A DNA stretch of 64,000 nt from an uncultured bacterium (GCA_963746775.1 CAVVCK010000002.1:11571-75570), one strand, 5' to 3'. Positions 9,769 to 19,993 are shown, numbered from the stretch's first letter. Notes: generated by a model not told the origin, from the letters alone. Numbers and translations: made by a program.

Positions 9769-10025
9769 TGTCTCTGTGGCTCTCTCAAGAAAAAGCACCC
9801 TACCCTCTCAATTAAAATTGTTTTTGGCTACCCTTCTTTTAAAGCACCATTAAAAAGTTTTTATTTTTAATTTTATAAAAAAGTGATAACTTTATTCTTT
9901 TGAAAAAAATTATGACAAATCATTTTATAAATAACGAATATATATAAATCTAATAGGAAAACCATAAATAGTCCCCTATTTTTATAATTATAGAAGGAAA
10001 TAAAGAGCAGTATTAAGGCAGGCAA

Positions 10026-10313
10026 CTAGCTTTTTCTTTTGTGTTTCCTGTCTTTCATAAATGGAAACGGACCGTTTCCATTTGTATAAATTGGCTTGTA
10101 AGTTAAGAGTGACAAGAAAAGCAATATTGCAGCCAGTAGGGACTGTAGAAAAATAAGGAGTAAAGCTAAGATGCAGTAAATAATGATATACCCCGTAAAG
10201 TTTTGTGGTATATCTTTACAATCAAAGAAATTATAAAGTACGAAAAATAAAACCAAAGAAAATACAAAAACAAAAGTACAATTTGACATACCCTTCTCCA
10301 CATCTATCTCCAT
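10026..10313 (-). CDS. Small hydrophobic hypothetical membrane protein
   Basis: 2-3 hydrophobic segments; purine-rich AAGGAGGAAAAGGGG just upstream of the ATG. Confidence 0.45.
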   Translation of the reverse strand: MEIDVEKGMSNCTFVFVFSLVLFFVLYNFFDCKDIPQNFTGYIIIYCILALLLIFLQSLLAAILLFLSLLTYKPIYTNGNGPFPFMKDRKHKRKS

Positions 10314-10647
10314 TACCCCTTTTCCTCCTTGAGAAGTTCATATTTTTATACCAGAAACAAGAAATAATTACAAATGTATTTTGATATATCCACAAAAAAT
10401 GGGTTGTCTAGGAAAAAATATTTTTTAGTATAACAAAGTCGTACTTGGTTGTTGGGGAGGGACAAACTAAAAAGGCTATTCTTAGAGAAGATGAAAAAAT
10501 AGGCTAACCTGTTCTTTCCTATTCTTCATAATAAAATATAAACTCTATTGTATTTTGTGATATAGCGGGAAATTTAAAAACTTTATTATTCTCCCCTATT
10601 TTGTTAAGATATATTTATAGTATTTTAGCTAATAATACAAAAACAAA

Positions 10648-12423
10648 ATGAAAAAATTTTTAAGTATTGGAATAATATTATTCTTAATTATTTCAATCAT
10701 TTTTTATTTACAAAAAAAAGAAGTTCAAGCAGATAATGTTAATATTTTAACTCTTGGCGATAGTGTTACTTATGGCTATCCTTACGGCGGTACTTCTAAT
10801 ACCTACCCGGCTAAACTTCAGGCTATGATTGATGATAATTTTGGATCTGGCCATAATGTTATTAACCGAGGTGTAAGCGGATATAGAGCAGATCAGGTTT
10901 TAGCTGATTTGCAAACACAAAATTGGCTAGAGATTGATAATCCTGAGGTAGTTTTATTAATGGTTGGCGGTAATGATTTAGCTCAGGAAATCGATCCCCT
11001 AGATTGGAGTACTATTCCCACAGTTATTGATAATACCGTATCGGAAGTGCAGAATATTATTGATTTAATAAAAAATTATACTAATCCTGACGGCAGCACT
11101 CCAAAAGTAATTGTCTCTGCTTTTATTCCTAATAACTTGTCTGATATTGGTGGAACTTTTGTGGTTAACCTGTATAACGCTGATTTAGAGAATAATTTAA
11201 CTGGTTATGATATTTATTTTAAGACTAATTGGGATGATTTTTATGATACGGAAACTGCACAAGCAGATACTTCTCTAATGGCTGATAAGGCTCATCCTAA
11301 TATACAGGGATATGAAATAATGGCGTCGAATTGGTATCAAGTATTATCACCCCTTCTTCCTGAAGTTTCTAGTAACAATAATGACGAAGATGATCCTGAT
11401 GAAGATAATAATAACAATGATTCAGAAGACAATGAAGACAATGAAGACAATACCCTCCCCGACTCTATAGATATTAATCCAAAAATTTTAACCACTTCTG
11501 GGCCAGGTGAAATAACCAGATTGCAAGCATACGATAGGCACGGTGAGGCAATTGGTGGTGAAATAAATAATATATTTCCAGATAATTACCTAGGGGGAGC
11601 TGGAATTGTATCTATAGATGCCAATAATAACGGCTTAAAAGATCAAATAGTTGTATTTGCTATTAATAATGGAGGTCCTCAGGCGAGAGTATTCGGACTT
11701 CGTGAATCTGGCGAAATATATTTTATGGGCCAAATGTTTTTATTTGATAGTAATATTCGTGATGGGCTGAGTGTTACTTCGGGAGATTTTGATGGTGATG
11801 GATATGATGATGATATAGCCTCTTGTCTTACAGGAGACCGAAAACCAACTGTAAGGGTTTATAAAGATGCAATAGGTATTGATAATTGGGAAGAAACAGC
11901 CGAATTTGATGCTTTATTCGGTAATGTTGGATGTAATTTAGGTACTTTTCAATACGATTCAAATAGTGATGAGATATTAGTTTCTCCTGAGTCAGGACCG
12001 GAAGATCCAGAGCTTTCAATTTATACATCATCGGGTAATTTGCGAGAAAGATTTTTAGCTTATGGCGAGGGGGTAACTTCGGGACTTACACCATCTGGTA
12101 TAAATGATAGAATTTATACTACTCCTAATAATGGTACTTCTCATGTTCGAGTATTCGATAAGAGTGGAAATCCAAAGAATTTCTGGTGGGCATATGATAA
12201 TATGAATGTTGTTGGGGACTTTAAGAATATAGCTGGTGATATTGATTTAGACGGTAGAGATGAAATACTTATCTCCCCTATTGGAGCTAACGGTCCTCAA
12301 GTGTTGGCCTTTGAGCCTGATGGTACATGGCGTACTTGGCCAAACTTTTTTGCTTTTAGTGATGAAAATTTAAGAAATGGAGTTGGTATAGCAGTGATTG
12401 ATAATTTTCATGGAGCCAATTAA
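10648..12423 (+). CDS. Secreted SGNH/GDSL hydrolase with C-terminal FG-GAP-like repeat module
   Basis: Signal peptide; GDSVT, NRGVSG, GGND, DKAHP blocks; D/N-rich linker; GDFDGDG / GGPQARVF repeats. Confidence 0.88.
   Translation: MKKFLSIGIILFLIISIIFYLQKKEVQADNVNILTLGDSVTYGYPYGGTSNTYPAKLQAMIDDNFGSGHNVINRGVSGYRADQVLADLQTQNWLEIDNPEVVLLMVGGNDLAQEIDPLDWSTIPTVIDNTVSEVQNIIDLIKNYTNPDGSTPKVIVSAFIPNNLSDIGGTFVVNLYNADLENNLTGYDIYFKTNWDDFYDTETAQADTSLMADKAHPNIQGYEIMASNWYQVLSPLLPEVSSNNNDEDDPDEDNNNNDSEDNEDNEDNTLPDSIDINPKILTTSGPGEITRLQAYDRHGEAIGGEINNIFPDNYLGGAGIVSIDANNNGLKDQIVVFAINNGGPQARVFGLRESGEIYFMGQMFLFDSNIRDGLSVTSGDFDGDGYDDDIASCLTGDRKPTVRVYKDAIGIDNWEETAEFDALFGNVGCNLGTFQYDSNSDEILVSPESGPEDPELSIYTSSGNLRERFLAYGEGVTSGLTPSGINDRIYTTPNNGTSHVRVFDKSGNPKNFWWAYDNMNVVGDFKNIAGDIDLDGRDEILISPIGANGPQVLAFEPDGTWRTWPNFFAFSDENLRNGVGIAVIDNFHGAN
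11425..11451 (+). repeat. (GAAGACAAT)x3 coding tandem repeat in an acidic linker
   Basis: Three perfect 9-mers encoding EDN. Confidence 0.8.
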
Positions 12424-12438
12424 TAATTTATAAAAATA

Positions 12439-12470
12439 ATAAAATAGCATCTGCTTGTATGCTATTTTAT
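12439..12470. terminator. Bidirectional terminator
   Basis: ataaaatagcat...atgctattttat between convergent genes. Confidence 0.75.
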
Positions 12471-12485
12471 TTACCAAATTTTTAT

Positions 12486-15400
12486 TTATTTAACTTTTAT
12501 TTTTCTTCTAGTACTTTTTGGTTTCTCAGAAACTTTTTTAGCAGTCTTTTTTATTTTTTTTGGTTTTGTTACAAATTTATTTTTTGTTGTATTTTTATTT
12601 CTTTCCCTCTCTTTAATCCAGGTAGTTAAAATTATTGTAAAAGCTATAATAGCTAATCCTCCTAAGGCAATCCAATAATTAAATTGTTCTGTTATTTTTT
12701 TATCCTTATTAATTTTAAATCTGGCAATTTCTACTTTAGCACTTGAATTATTTTCTGTATCTTGTGATTGAGCATAGACAATATGTTCCCCAGCCTCAAA
12801 TAATTTAGTATTAACAGTCATTTCCCATAAGCCATCTTGATTAGCTGAAGTTACTGTTTTTAAATTTAAATCACTGTGAATAAACAGAGTAACAGTAAAA
12901 TTAGGACCGGTTTTTCCTTTTAATACTAAATCATTATCAACAGGCATAGAATATTTAGAATCATAATTATCTATTTGAGCTGATCCCAAATGAGTTAATA
13001 CTGGTGGTGATATTTTACCTGCCCTTGCTTCATCGGGAATTTCAGTTGGAATAAATGATATTGTATTTGGTTTATTATAATCTTGATCAGAAGTTATAAT
13101 TTCAGATACGACATAAGGTTCTCTGTTTTCAGATATAACCTCGTTACTTTCATCATTATTTATAATATCCTCAATATAATAACCGAAATTAGCATCGTTA
13201 TATTTTTGATCATCTGATTCCAATTTTACAACAATTGGATTTGTTCCTGTCGTGAGATTAAAATTATTAGATGGTAAAGAATCTTCTTCGACTAAAATTA
13301 AATATGTTTTAGGAGAAAGACCGGTAATTTTATAATTGCCATTTTGGTCAGTTTTATGTGTAGAAACATATAAATCTTGGTCAAATTCAAGCGTTTCGTT
13401 ATTATTACTGTCTTCATAAAGTTTTAAGCTAATATTTTTCAAACCAACCTCGTTACTATCTTTTTTCCCATCACTGTTTTTATCCATCCAAACTAAATTA
13501 CCTATACTTCCTGTTGGAGTTGGAGTATTATCTTCAATTTCTATCTGGTCATTTGATGAATTAATACCAAAATTTATATCTGCATATTCTTTTGTTTTTT
13601 CTATTGCAATTAATTGTGGATTATTGTCAGTAATAATTGAAGAATTATCGGGTAAATTTTCCTCATCTATTTTTATAAAATAATCACCTTTAATTAAATT
13701 TTTGAACTGATAGTTACCATATAAATCTGTATTAGTTTCAGTTAAATATGCACCATCTTCTTCGCCAATAGTATTATCATTATTCAAATTCTCATATAAT
13801 CTAATAGTAATTTCCTTTATTCCATTCTCATTTTTATCTCTTAATTTATTATTATTAGCATCATTCCAAACAATACCATTAATGCTGCTAATTGATGAAG
13901 CTTCATTTTCTATATAATTTATAGTTTGATTAGTGTTCTGTACTCCGTTATTCTCGTCATATAATATATCAGCTGTGTTTTCTATTTTATGATTTTCAGG
14001 AGTACCTTCTACCTTAACTTTAAAAGTAACATAGCCTGAACTTTTAGCTGTTATTTCTCCAAATTCAAATTTAACTTTGTCAAAATTAAAAGTAACTAAA
14101 TCATCATCTTTTATATCTGTTTTTATAGATCCGTTAATACTGGCTGAATTTGCCACGTAAGATGTTCCTGTGGGAATGTCATCTAAAATATTAAAATTAG
14201 AAGCAGTTGATTCACCTTCATTCTTAAAATCTATACGATATGTTAATTCATCCCCTACTTTTACTGATTTGCCATCATCCTTATAAGGAGAAGGATTGTT
14301 ATCATAATAATAAATTCCGGCCAGAGCAATCGCAATTATTCCTATAATTACTATGATAGCGATAATTGTTTTGGTATGTGAACCTTTTGTTTCAGTAATA
14401 ACCTTTTTGCTAGAATTTACGCCATCTAATGATCTAATTGTATTGGCAAATAAAGAGTTATTGCTTTTCTTTTTAGTGCGGCTATTTTTATTATATAAAG
14501 GTGCTAAGATGTAATTAAATAAAATATTTTTATTTAAATAGAAAAATGCTATAGCAATAATTAATATAATAATTGGCCAATATAAAAATTTTAAATTAGA
14601 TAGGCTAATATAGTTACTTGTAAATCCAAGTAGCAGAGAATTCTGTGTCTCGTTATCTTTATTAATACCTACTGTTTTAAAGACAGCTATAATGGGACTT
14701 TTACCAGTAGCTAGAACAAATCTCTGTATTTCAGACCAAGCGCTTTCGGCATTTTCATTATCTTTAGTTTTAATTCTATAATAATATTGAGTATTATCTG
14801 TTAGATTTTCAGGTACTGTAAAATTAGTTTTGTTTTTCTCTGTATTATAAATATAAGCACTGTTAAATTTATCGTTCTTATCAATTTGTATTACATAGCT
14901 TAATTTATCCTTTGTATCTGCGCTATCTGGATCCAGAGCTTCATTCCAATATATCGTAGGTTTCTGTGTTTTAACTATATTTCCCTGATTAGGATTAAAA
15001 CCAGAGATGGGTGGATTAGGAGATTTATTGCCTTTATCTAAAATAAAATATTTTTCTTCAGTTGAATAATCAGATTGATTATTTTGATTATCGACAGTTT
15101 TTACTCGCCAGTAATATCTTGTATCATCTTCTAAATTACTAAAATTTTCTAATTGATTAATATTTATTTCGGCGTTATTTATTCTAGAAGTTACAGAATC
15201 TAGCGAACCAAAATCATTATTATTATCTAACTCTACAGTATAAGTAATAATATCTTCTGGGTCAGGATCAGAAGACACATCCCAAGCAAGCTTATCACTA
15301 TCAGAGAGTGTTCTGTCATTAATTGGTAAAAGATTATTAGTTGGACTAGGTGTTCTATTGTATTCTATAATTGTTCTATCTAGACTAGTGGCAGCTGTAA

Positions 15401-16301
15401 TATTGCTACCAACTTTAAAATTAGCTCTATATTGCAAATATCTTCTTAGAGGTGAATCTATATTTTCACCTGAAGGATTATTATATTCTCTACTCCATTC
15501 AGACCAAGATATACCATCAACTGATGTCCTGGTTTGTAATTTTAAATCACTTCCTTCAGGTGTATTTCCATCCCACATAATTCTATTAAAACTTACTACT
15601 TTATTTTCTCCTAAATCCAAAGTGGGAGAAGTATAGGTTGAGTTTTGAGGAATAAAATAGATGTCATCAAGCATCATATTTCCCCTGGCTACAAAATATG
15701 CTATGTTTATTAAGTCATTATCTGGTTCATAAGCTTTTAAATCATTTTCTAAATTTCTATCGTATGTATGCCAATGTCCATCAGCATTTTCTCGTTCTAA
15801 ACTATACCTAATATAAATACCGTTTTGGCCGTTGTCTATATATGGTCCATAGTTAAGGCTTCTTGTTCCTAAGGTCGTGTTAACTACCACATATATGTAG
15901 CTTTTTGTATTAGTATTCATTTTCCATTCAACATTTTTTAAACCATTGACTATTTTAGAAGGAGCGCCATAGTCAAAACCAGTTAAATTTGAATTAACAG
16001 AATCAGTACTTAAAAGATTAATTACTCTACTACTAAGCTCTGGATTAAAAATATTAGTTATTGATCCTTCGGGGTCATTATCAAATACTCTCCATTCGTC
16101 GATATTTTCATCTTCAGCATTTTCATAAATGACGCCGGGAGTAAGTCTAACAGAATTATCAGTAATATTAAGATCTCCTTGTAGCACTCCCCTTTCGAAA
16201 TCTACTTGGTTAGTTTGTTCCCATATTCCCGCTCTAGTTATAAAAGGAAAAAATAAAAAAAGTGCTATAATAAACAAAAGCCTTGAAAAATTTAATTTCA
16301 T
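12486..16301 (-). CDS. Large surface protein with FN3-like, DUF11-like, two SdrD-B-like and Ig-like domains and several TM helices
   Basis: YYWRVKTVD / YYYRIKTKD (FN3); GDELTYRIDFKN..DDIPTGTSYV (DUF11); GIVWNDANNN / GNLVWMDKNSDG..NFG (SdrD B); C-terminal TM plus Lys-rich tail. Confidence 0.85.
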   Translation of the reverse strand: MKLNFSRLLFIIALFLFFPFITRAGIWEQTNQVDFERGVLQGDLNITDNSVRLTPGVIYENAEDENIDEWRVFDNDPEGSITNIFNPELSSRVINLLSTDSVNSNLTGFDYGAPSKIVNGLKNVEWKMNTNTKSYIYVVVNTTLGTRSLNYGPYIDNGQNGIYIRYSLERENADGHWHTYDRNLENDLKAYEPDNDLINIAYFVARGNMMLDDIYFIPQNSTYTSPTLDLGENKVVSFNRIMWDGNTPEGSDLKLQTRTSVDGISWSEWSREYNNPSGENIDSPLRRYLQYRANFKVGSNITAATSLDRTIIEYNRTPSPTNNLLPINDRTLSDSDKLAWDVSSDPDPEDIITYTVELDNNNDFGSLDSVTSRINNAEININQLENFSNLEDDTRYYWRVKTVDNQNNQSDYSTEEKYFILDKGNKSPNPPISGFNPNQGNIVKTQKPTIYWNEALDPDSADTKDKLSYVIQIDKNDKFNSAYIYNTEKNKTNFTVPENLTDNTQYYYRIKTKDNENAESAWSEIQRFVLATGKSPIIAVFKTVGINKDNETQNSLLLGFTSNYISLSNLKFLYWPIIILIIAIAFFYLNKNILFNYILAPLYNKNSRTKKKSNNSLFANTIRSLDGVNSSKKVITETKGSHTKTIIAIIVIIGIIAIALAGIYYYDNNPSPYKDDGKSVKVGDELTYRIDFKNEGESTASNFNILDDIPTGTSYVANSASINGSIKTDIKDDDLVTFNFDKVKFEFGEITAKSSGYVTFKVKVEGTPENHKIENTADILYDENNGVQNTNQTINYIENEASSISSINGIVWNDANNNKLRDKNENGIKEITIRLYENLNNDNTIGEEDGAYLTETNTDLYGNYQFKNLIKGDYFIKIDEENLPDNSSIITDNNPQLIAIEKTKEYADINFGINSSNDQIEIEDNTPTPTGSIGNLVWMDKNSDGKKDSNEVGLKNISLKLYEDSNNNETLEFDQDLYVSTHKTDQNGNYKITGLSPKTYLILVEEDSLPSNNFNLTTGTNPIVVKLESDDQKYNDANFGYYIEDIINNDESNEVISENREPYVVSEIITSDQDYNKPNTISFIPTEIPDEARAGKISPPVLTHLGSAQIDNYDSKYSMPVDNDLVLKGKTGPNFTVTLFIHSDLNLKTVTSANQDGLWEMTVNTKLFEAGEHIVYAQSQDTENNSSAKVEIARFKINKDKKITEQFNYWIALGGLAIIAFTIILTTWIKERERNKNTTKNKFVTKPKKIKKTAKKVSEKPKSTRRKIKVK

Positions 16302-16547
16302 GATATTAACTTATTATTTTTTACTACGTAAGAAAGTTTTCGACGTAGTTGGAAATTTAAAATTTCTATTTTTTATAGATAGTTTAAAATCACCTATCAA
16401 AAATACCTTTTATCTGTAATTTATAGTATAACAAAAAACTTAAAATAAATATAGATATACGCTAAAATATAATAAATAAAATTTTTTATGAGTAATTGAA
16501 GTTCCTGATCAAATAGAAAATTTACAAAAAAAGCATAAAAGAAAAGT

Positions 16548-17501
16548 ATGAATATAGTATTTTTAGATCAAAAAACAGTAGGTAGTGATATATCTTTAGA
16601 TTCAATTAGAAAAGAAGGAAATCTTAAAATTTATGGAATTACTTCACAAGATGAGTTAGAAAATAGAGTTGAAGATGCTGATATAATTGTTACTAATAAA
16701 GTTATTATAAATTTAGCTGAGAAAAAACTAAAAAATATTTCAAGATTAAAATTGATTTGTGTAGCTGCTACTGGTTATAATAATATTGATATGCAAGCAG
16801 CCAAGAAGAAAAAAATTCCTGTTACTAATGTAATTGGTTATTCAACAGATTCAGTAGCGCAAACAGTTTTTTCGTATATTTTATCTTTCTCTAATTCGAC
16901 AATAAAATATGATCAGGATGTAAAAAGTGGCAAATGGAGTAAATCACCGATATTTACACTTTTAGATTATTCAATTACAGAGCTTAAAGATAAAAAACTA
17001 GGTATTATTGGTTATGGTAACATTGGTAAAAAAGTAGCAGAAATTGCAAAAGCTTTTGGTATGGAAATCTTAATAGCCAAAAGATCCGGAGTAAATTACA
17101 AGGAAAATAATAGAGTTAGTTTAGGAGAATTATTAAAAGAAAGCGATATTATAACAATTCATACTCCCCTATCTTCTGAGACAGAAAACATGATTACAGA
17201 AAAAGAATTTAAGTTAATGAAAAAGGAAGCAATATTGATTAATGCAGCTCGTGGTGGAATTGTAAACGAAAATGATTTATATAAAGCTTTAAAAAATAAA
17301 GAAATTAAAGGAGCAGCGATAGATGTAATGGCTGAAGAACCTCCTCGGAGTGGTAGTCCTCTATTTGAGCTTAATAATATAATAATAACACCTCATGTAG
17401 CTTGGGCTTCAAAAGAAGCTAGGCAGAGGGTAGTAGATGGTGTAGCAGAGAATATTAAAAAATTTAAAGAAGAAAAAATTAATGAGATTAATTTATGGTA
17501 G
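16548..17501 (+). CDS. D-2-hydroxyacid dehydrogenase (glycerate dehydrogenase-like)
   Basis: ATGYNNID, GIIGYGNIG, INAARGG, DV..EP, TPHVAW. Confidence 0.93.
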   Translation: MNIVFLDQKTVGSDISLDSIRKEGNLKIYGITSQDELENRVEDADIIVTNKVIINLAEKKLKNISRLKLICVAATGYNNIDMQAAKKKKIPVTNVIGYSTDSVAQTVFSYILSFSNSTIKYDQDVKSGKWSKSPIFTLLDYSITELKDKKLGIIGYGNIGKKVAEIAKAFGMEILIAKRSGVNYKENNRVSLGELLKESDIITIHTPLSSETENMITEKEFKLMKKEAILINAARGGIVNENDLYKALKNKEIKGAAIDVMAEEPPRSGSPLFELNNIIITPHVAWASKEARQRVVDGVAENIKKFKEEKINEINLW

Positions 17502-17548
17502 TAGTCTTTAAAATAATTTTTTAGTTTTAATATTGTTTTCAGTAAAAT

Positions 17549-17584
17549 AAAAAACCTTTTATAAATTAATTATAAAAGGTTTTT
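17549..17584. terminator. Bidirectional terminator
   Basis: aaaaaccttttataa...ttataaaaggttttt. Confidence 0.7.
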
Positions 17585-17606
17585 GTATATTTTAAAAAGT
17601 ATTAAA

Positions 17607-17999
17607 TTATTTTTTATCTTGATAATTTTTAATAGCAGCCTTGAGGCCACTTTCAGATAAATTACTGCAATGTTCTTTAATTGGAGGAAGTCCACCAAGC
17701 TGTCCTGAGACATCTGCTCGAGTTATTTTTAGAGCCTCTTTTATAGTTTTTCCTTTGGCTAAATCTGTTACCATAGAAGAAGTAGCAATGGCTGATGCAC
17801 AGCCTAAAGTTTCAAATTTTATGTCTTTAATATAATCTTCTCCTTGATCGTTTTTATCAACTTTAATATATATTTTCATCATATCACCGCAAACAGGATT
17901 TCCTACTTCCCCTATTCCATCGGCGTTTTCAATTTCACCCTGATTATGAGGATTTCTAAAATGTTTTAGAACTTCTTGGGAATATTGAATATTTGGCAT
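17607..17999 (-). CDS. iscU: Fe-S cluster scaffold, IscU/NifU-like
   Basis: HFRNPHN, GNPVCGD, GCASAIATSS, KEHCSNL. Confidence 0.93.
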   Translation of the reverse strand: MPNIQYSQEVLKHFRNPHNQGEIENADGIGEVGNPVCGDMMKIYIKVDKNDQGEDYIKDIKFETLGCASAIATSSMVTDLAKGKTIKEALKITRADVSGQLGGLPPIKEHCSNLSESGLKAAIKNYQDKK

Positions 18000-18035
18000 A
18001 TATTTAGTGATTAGTTAGTAGTTTGTAGCGAGTAG

Positions 18036-19217
18036 TTATTTTAGGGGGGAAATTTTTCTTAAATTTTGGACTATTTTTGGTAAAACTTTTAGTAGTTTAT
18101 TAATATCTTCTTCTGTGTTTTCTTTTCCTAATGTAAGTCTTAAACTCCCATGTGCTTCTGCTTGAGGTATTCCTAGAGCTAACAGCACATGAGAAGGTTT
18201 TAGGCTTCCTGAAGCACAAGCTGAACCAGTGGAAGCGTAGATACCTTCAAAATCTAGTCCCAACATAATACTCTCCCCTTCTATATTTTTAAATCTGAAA
18301 TTAGCATTACCGGGGAGTCTTTTTTCTCTGGAGCCATTTAGTGTTGTCAAAGGAATATTTTTTAAAACCTGATCAATTAACTTATCTCTTAATTCTTTAA
18401 TTTTTTCTACGTCTTTTTTATGCTCGTTAGTTTGCAATAATTCAATAGCTTTACCTAATCCTACAATAGAGGGAACATTTAGCGTTCCTGATCTTAAATT
18501 AAATTCTTGAGCTCCGCCATGATGAAGGGGCGTTATTTTTGTTCCTTTTCTGATAAATAATGCTCCTATCCCTTTAGGACCATAAAATTTATGAGCCGAA
18601 AGTGATAATAGATCTACACCCAAATTCTGGACATTACAATCTAGGTATCCTATAGCTTGTACAGCATCAGTATGAAAATATATTTTATTTTTTCTGGATT
18701 TATTAATGTTTTTTAATAAAGCACCTATTTCTTTAATGGGCTGGATGGTTCCTACTTCATTATTAGCATACATTATGGAAATTAAGATAGTATTTTCCTT
18801 AATATTATTCTGAATATCTTTAGTGTTCACAATTCCTTCTTTACCTACATTTAGATAAGTTGCTTCAATTCTACCTTTTCTTTCTAAATATTCTACGGTT
18901 TCCAACACACAATGATGCTCTATTTTAGAAGTAATAACGTGAGGTTTTTCTATTTCTGAATCTTCAACAATCCCTTTTATAGTGAGATTATTACTTTCAG
19001 TTGCTCCACTGGTAAATATTATTTCTTCTGGATCACAACCTAAGTATTTAGAGACAGCTTCTCGGGCATTGTCTACTGCTCTATTGGCTTCTTGTCCAAA
19101 AGAATGGATAGATGAAGCATTACCGTATTTTTCACTAAGATAAGGCTTCATAGCTTCAAATACCTTATAGTCTAGAGGTGTAGTAGCGGCATGATCTAAA
19201 TATGTAAAATTATTCAT
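18036..19217 (-). CDS. iscS: Cysteine desulfurase (start probably ATG 19217)
   Basis: YLDHAATTP, HTDAVQ, SAHKFYGPKG (PLP lysine), STGSAC. Confidence 0.95.
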   Translation of the reverse strand: MNNFTYLDHAATTPLDYKVFEAMKPYLSEKYGNASSIHSFGQEANRAVDNAREAVSKYLGCDPEEIIFTSGATESNNLTIKGIVEDSEIEKPHVITSKIEHHCVLETVEYLERKGRIEATYLNVGKEGIVNTKDIQNNIKENTILISIMYANNEVGTIQPIKEIGALLKNINKSRKNKIYFHTDAVQAIGYLDCNVQNLGVDLLSLSAHKFYGPKGIGALFIRKGTKITPLHHGGAQEFNLRSGTLNVPSIVGLGKAIELLQTNEHKKDVEKIKELRDKLIDQVLKNIPLTTLNGSREKRLPGNANFRFKNIEGESIMLGLDFEGIYASTGSACASGSLKPSHVLLALGIPQAEAHGSLRLTLGKENTEEDINKLLKVLPKIVQNLRKISPLK

Positions 19218-19244
19218 TATTTTGTCTATATTTATATATTCACA

Positions 19245-19320
19245 TCGCATAGTGGCTGCTGGCCCTCCAGGCTAGCCAATGAAGAATATTGGATAGCCTT
19301 GGGGGCCGTCTGCTACGCGG
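19245..19320. repeat. REP/REPIN-like hairpin, copy 1
   Basis: tcgcatagtggc..ggccctccaggctagccaat / attggatagccttgggggcc..ctacgcg; ends shared with the element at 19894. Confidence 0.7.
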
Positions 19321-19327
19321 GGAATTG

Positions 19328-19537
19328 TTATTTTTTGAACTTTTCCAAAACTTCCTTCAAATTACCCTGACATTTGGTACAATTTTGTTTTAAAAGACTT
19401 TCATATTCTTCAATACTCAATAATACGCCAACAGGCTTAGAATAGCGCATAATGATATACCTATCCCCTTTTTGTATATCAGATATAAGCGATTTAGTTT
19501 TTACTTGCAATTCTTGCTGATTGGTATACTTTTCCAT
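19328..19537 (-). CDS. Phd/YefM-family antitoxin-like protein with no adjacent toxin
   Basis: ELQVKTKSLISDI..GDRYIIMRYSKPVGVLLSIEEYE matches the Phd/YefM pattern; C-terminal CTKC. Confidence 0.75.
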   Translation of the reverse strand: MEKYTNQQELQVKTKSLISDIQKGDRYIIMRYSKPVGVLLSIEEYESLLKQNCTKCQGNLKEVLEKFKK

Positions 19538-19559
19538 AATTAAATGTTATATTACAATT

Positions 19560-19587
19560 AGTATAACTTTATATATAACTTTGTCAA
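19560..19587 (-). promoter_or_regulatory. Promoter with an overlapping operator-like direct repeat
   Basis: TTGACA-16 nt-TATACT on the minus strand, containing AAAGTTATA twice. Confidence 0.6.
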
Positions 19588-19890
19588 ATAATTCTATCAA
19601 TTTTTATAATTGATTCATCATCTAACTCGTAATTCTGCCAAGAAGTATATTTGTATTTTTTGGGATTATCAACTAAGCTATGTTTTAAAAAATTTCCATT
19701 GGTATAATTCCCCTTTTCTTCTAGATCTTTATTATTGCGAATTACGTGGTCGTAAAAACGGGGCTGCCATATTTTTTGTTATTTAACATTTTAGCAAGAG
19801 ATTTTAATATTAGTTCCCGGTTCCATTTTTTGATTTTATTATTATTGTTTATGTTTTTAATCCATTTTAAATATTCAGGTGATTCATTCG
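19584..19890 (-). pseudogene. Remnant of a REP-associated tyrosine transposase (RAYT/TnpA-REP, Y1 HUH)
   Basis: Frame absent from the ORF track: KIWQPRFYDHVIRNNKDLEEKGNYTNGNFLKHSLVDNPKKYKYTSWQNY..; N-terminal HUH region not recognisable; stop/frameshift near 19780. Confidence 0.75.
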
Positions 19891-19893
19891 ATA

Positions 19894-19963
19894 TCGCGTA
19901 GTGGCTGGATCCCTGTCCAGCTTGTCTGGACACCGGACGGACGGGGGTCTGTCAACTACGCGA
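19894..19963. repeat. REP/REPIN-like hairpin, copy 2
   Basis: tcgcGTAG...CTACgcga ends with inner tgtccag-cttgt-ctggaca stem. Confidence 0.75.
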
Positions 19964-19993
19964 AAAAAATATTATTCTTTTTATGTAATAATA

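Noticed and set aside
9208-10025. AT-rich gap as oriC
   Set aside because: No cluster of TTATCCACA boxes and no dnaA/dnaN nearby; the dif-like site and skew direction fit a terminus.
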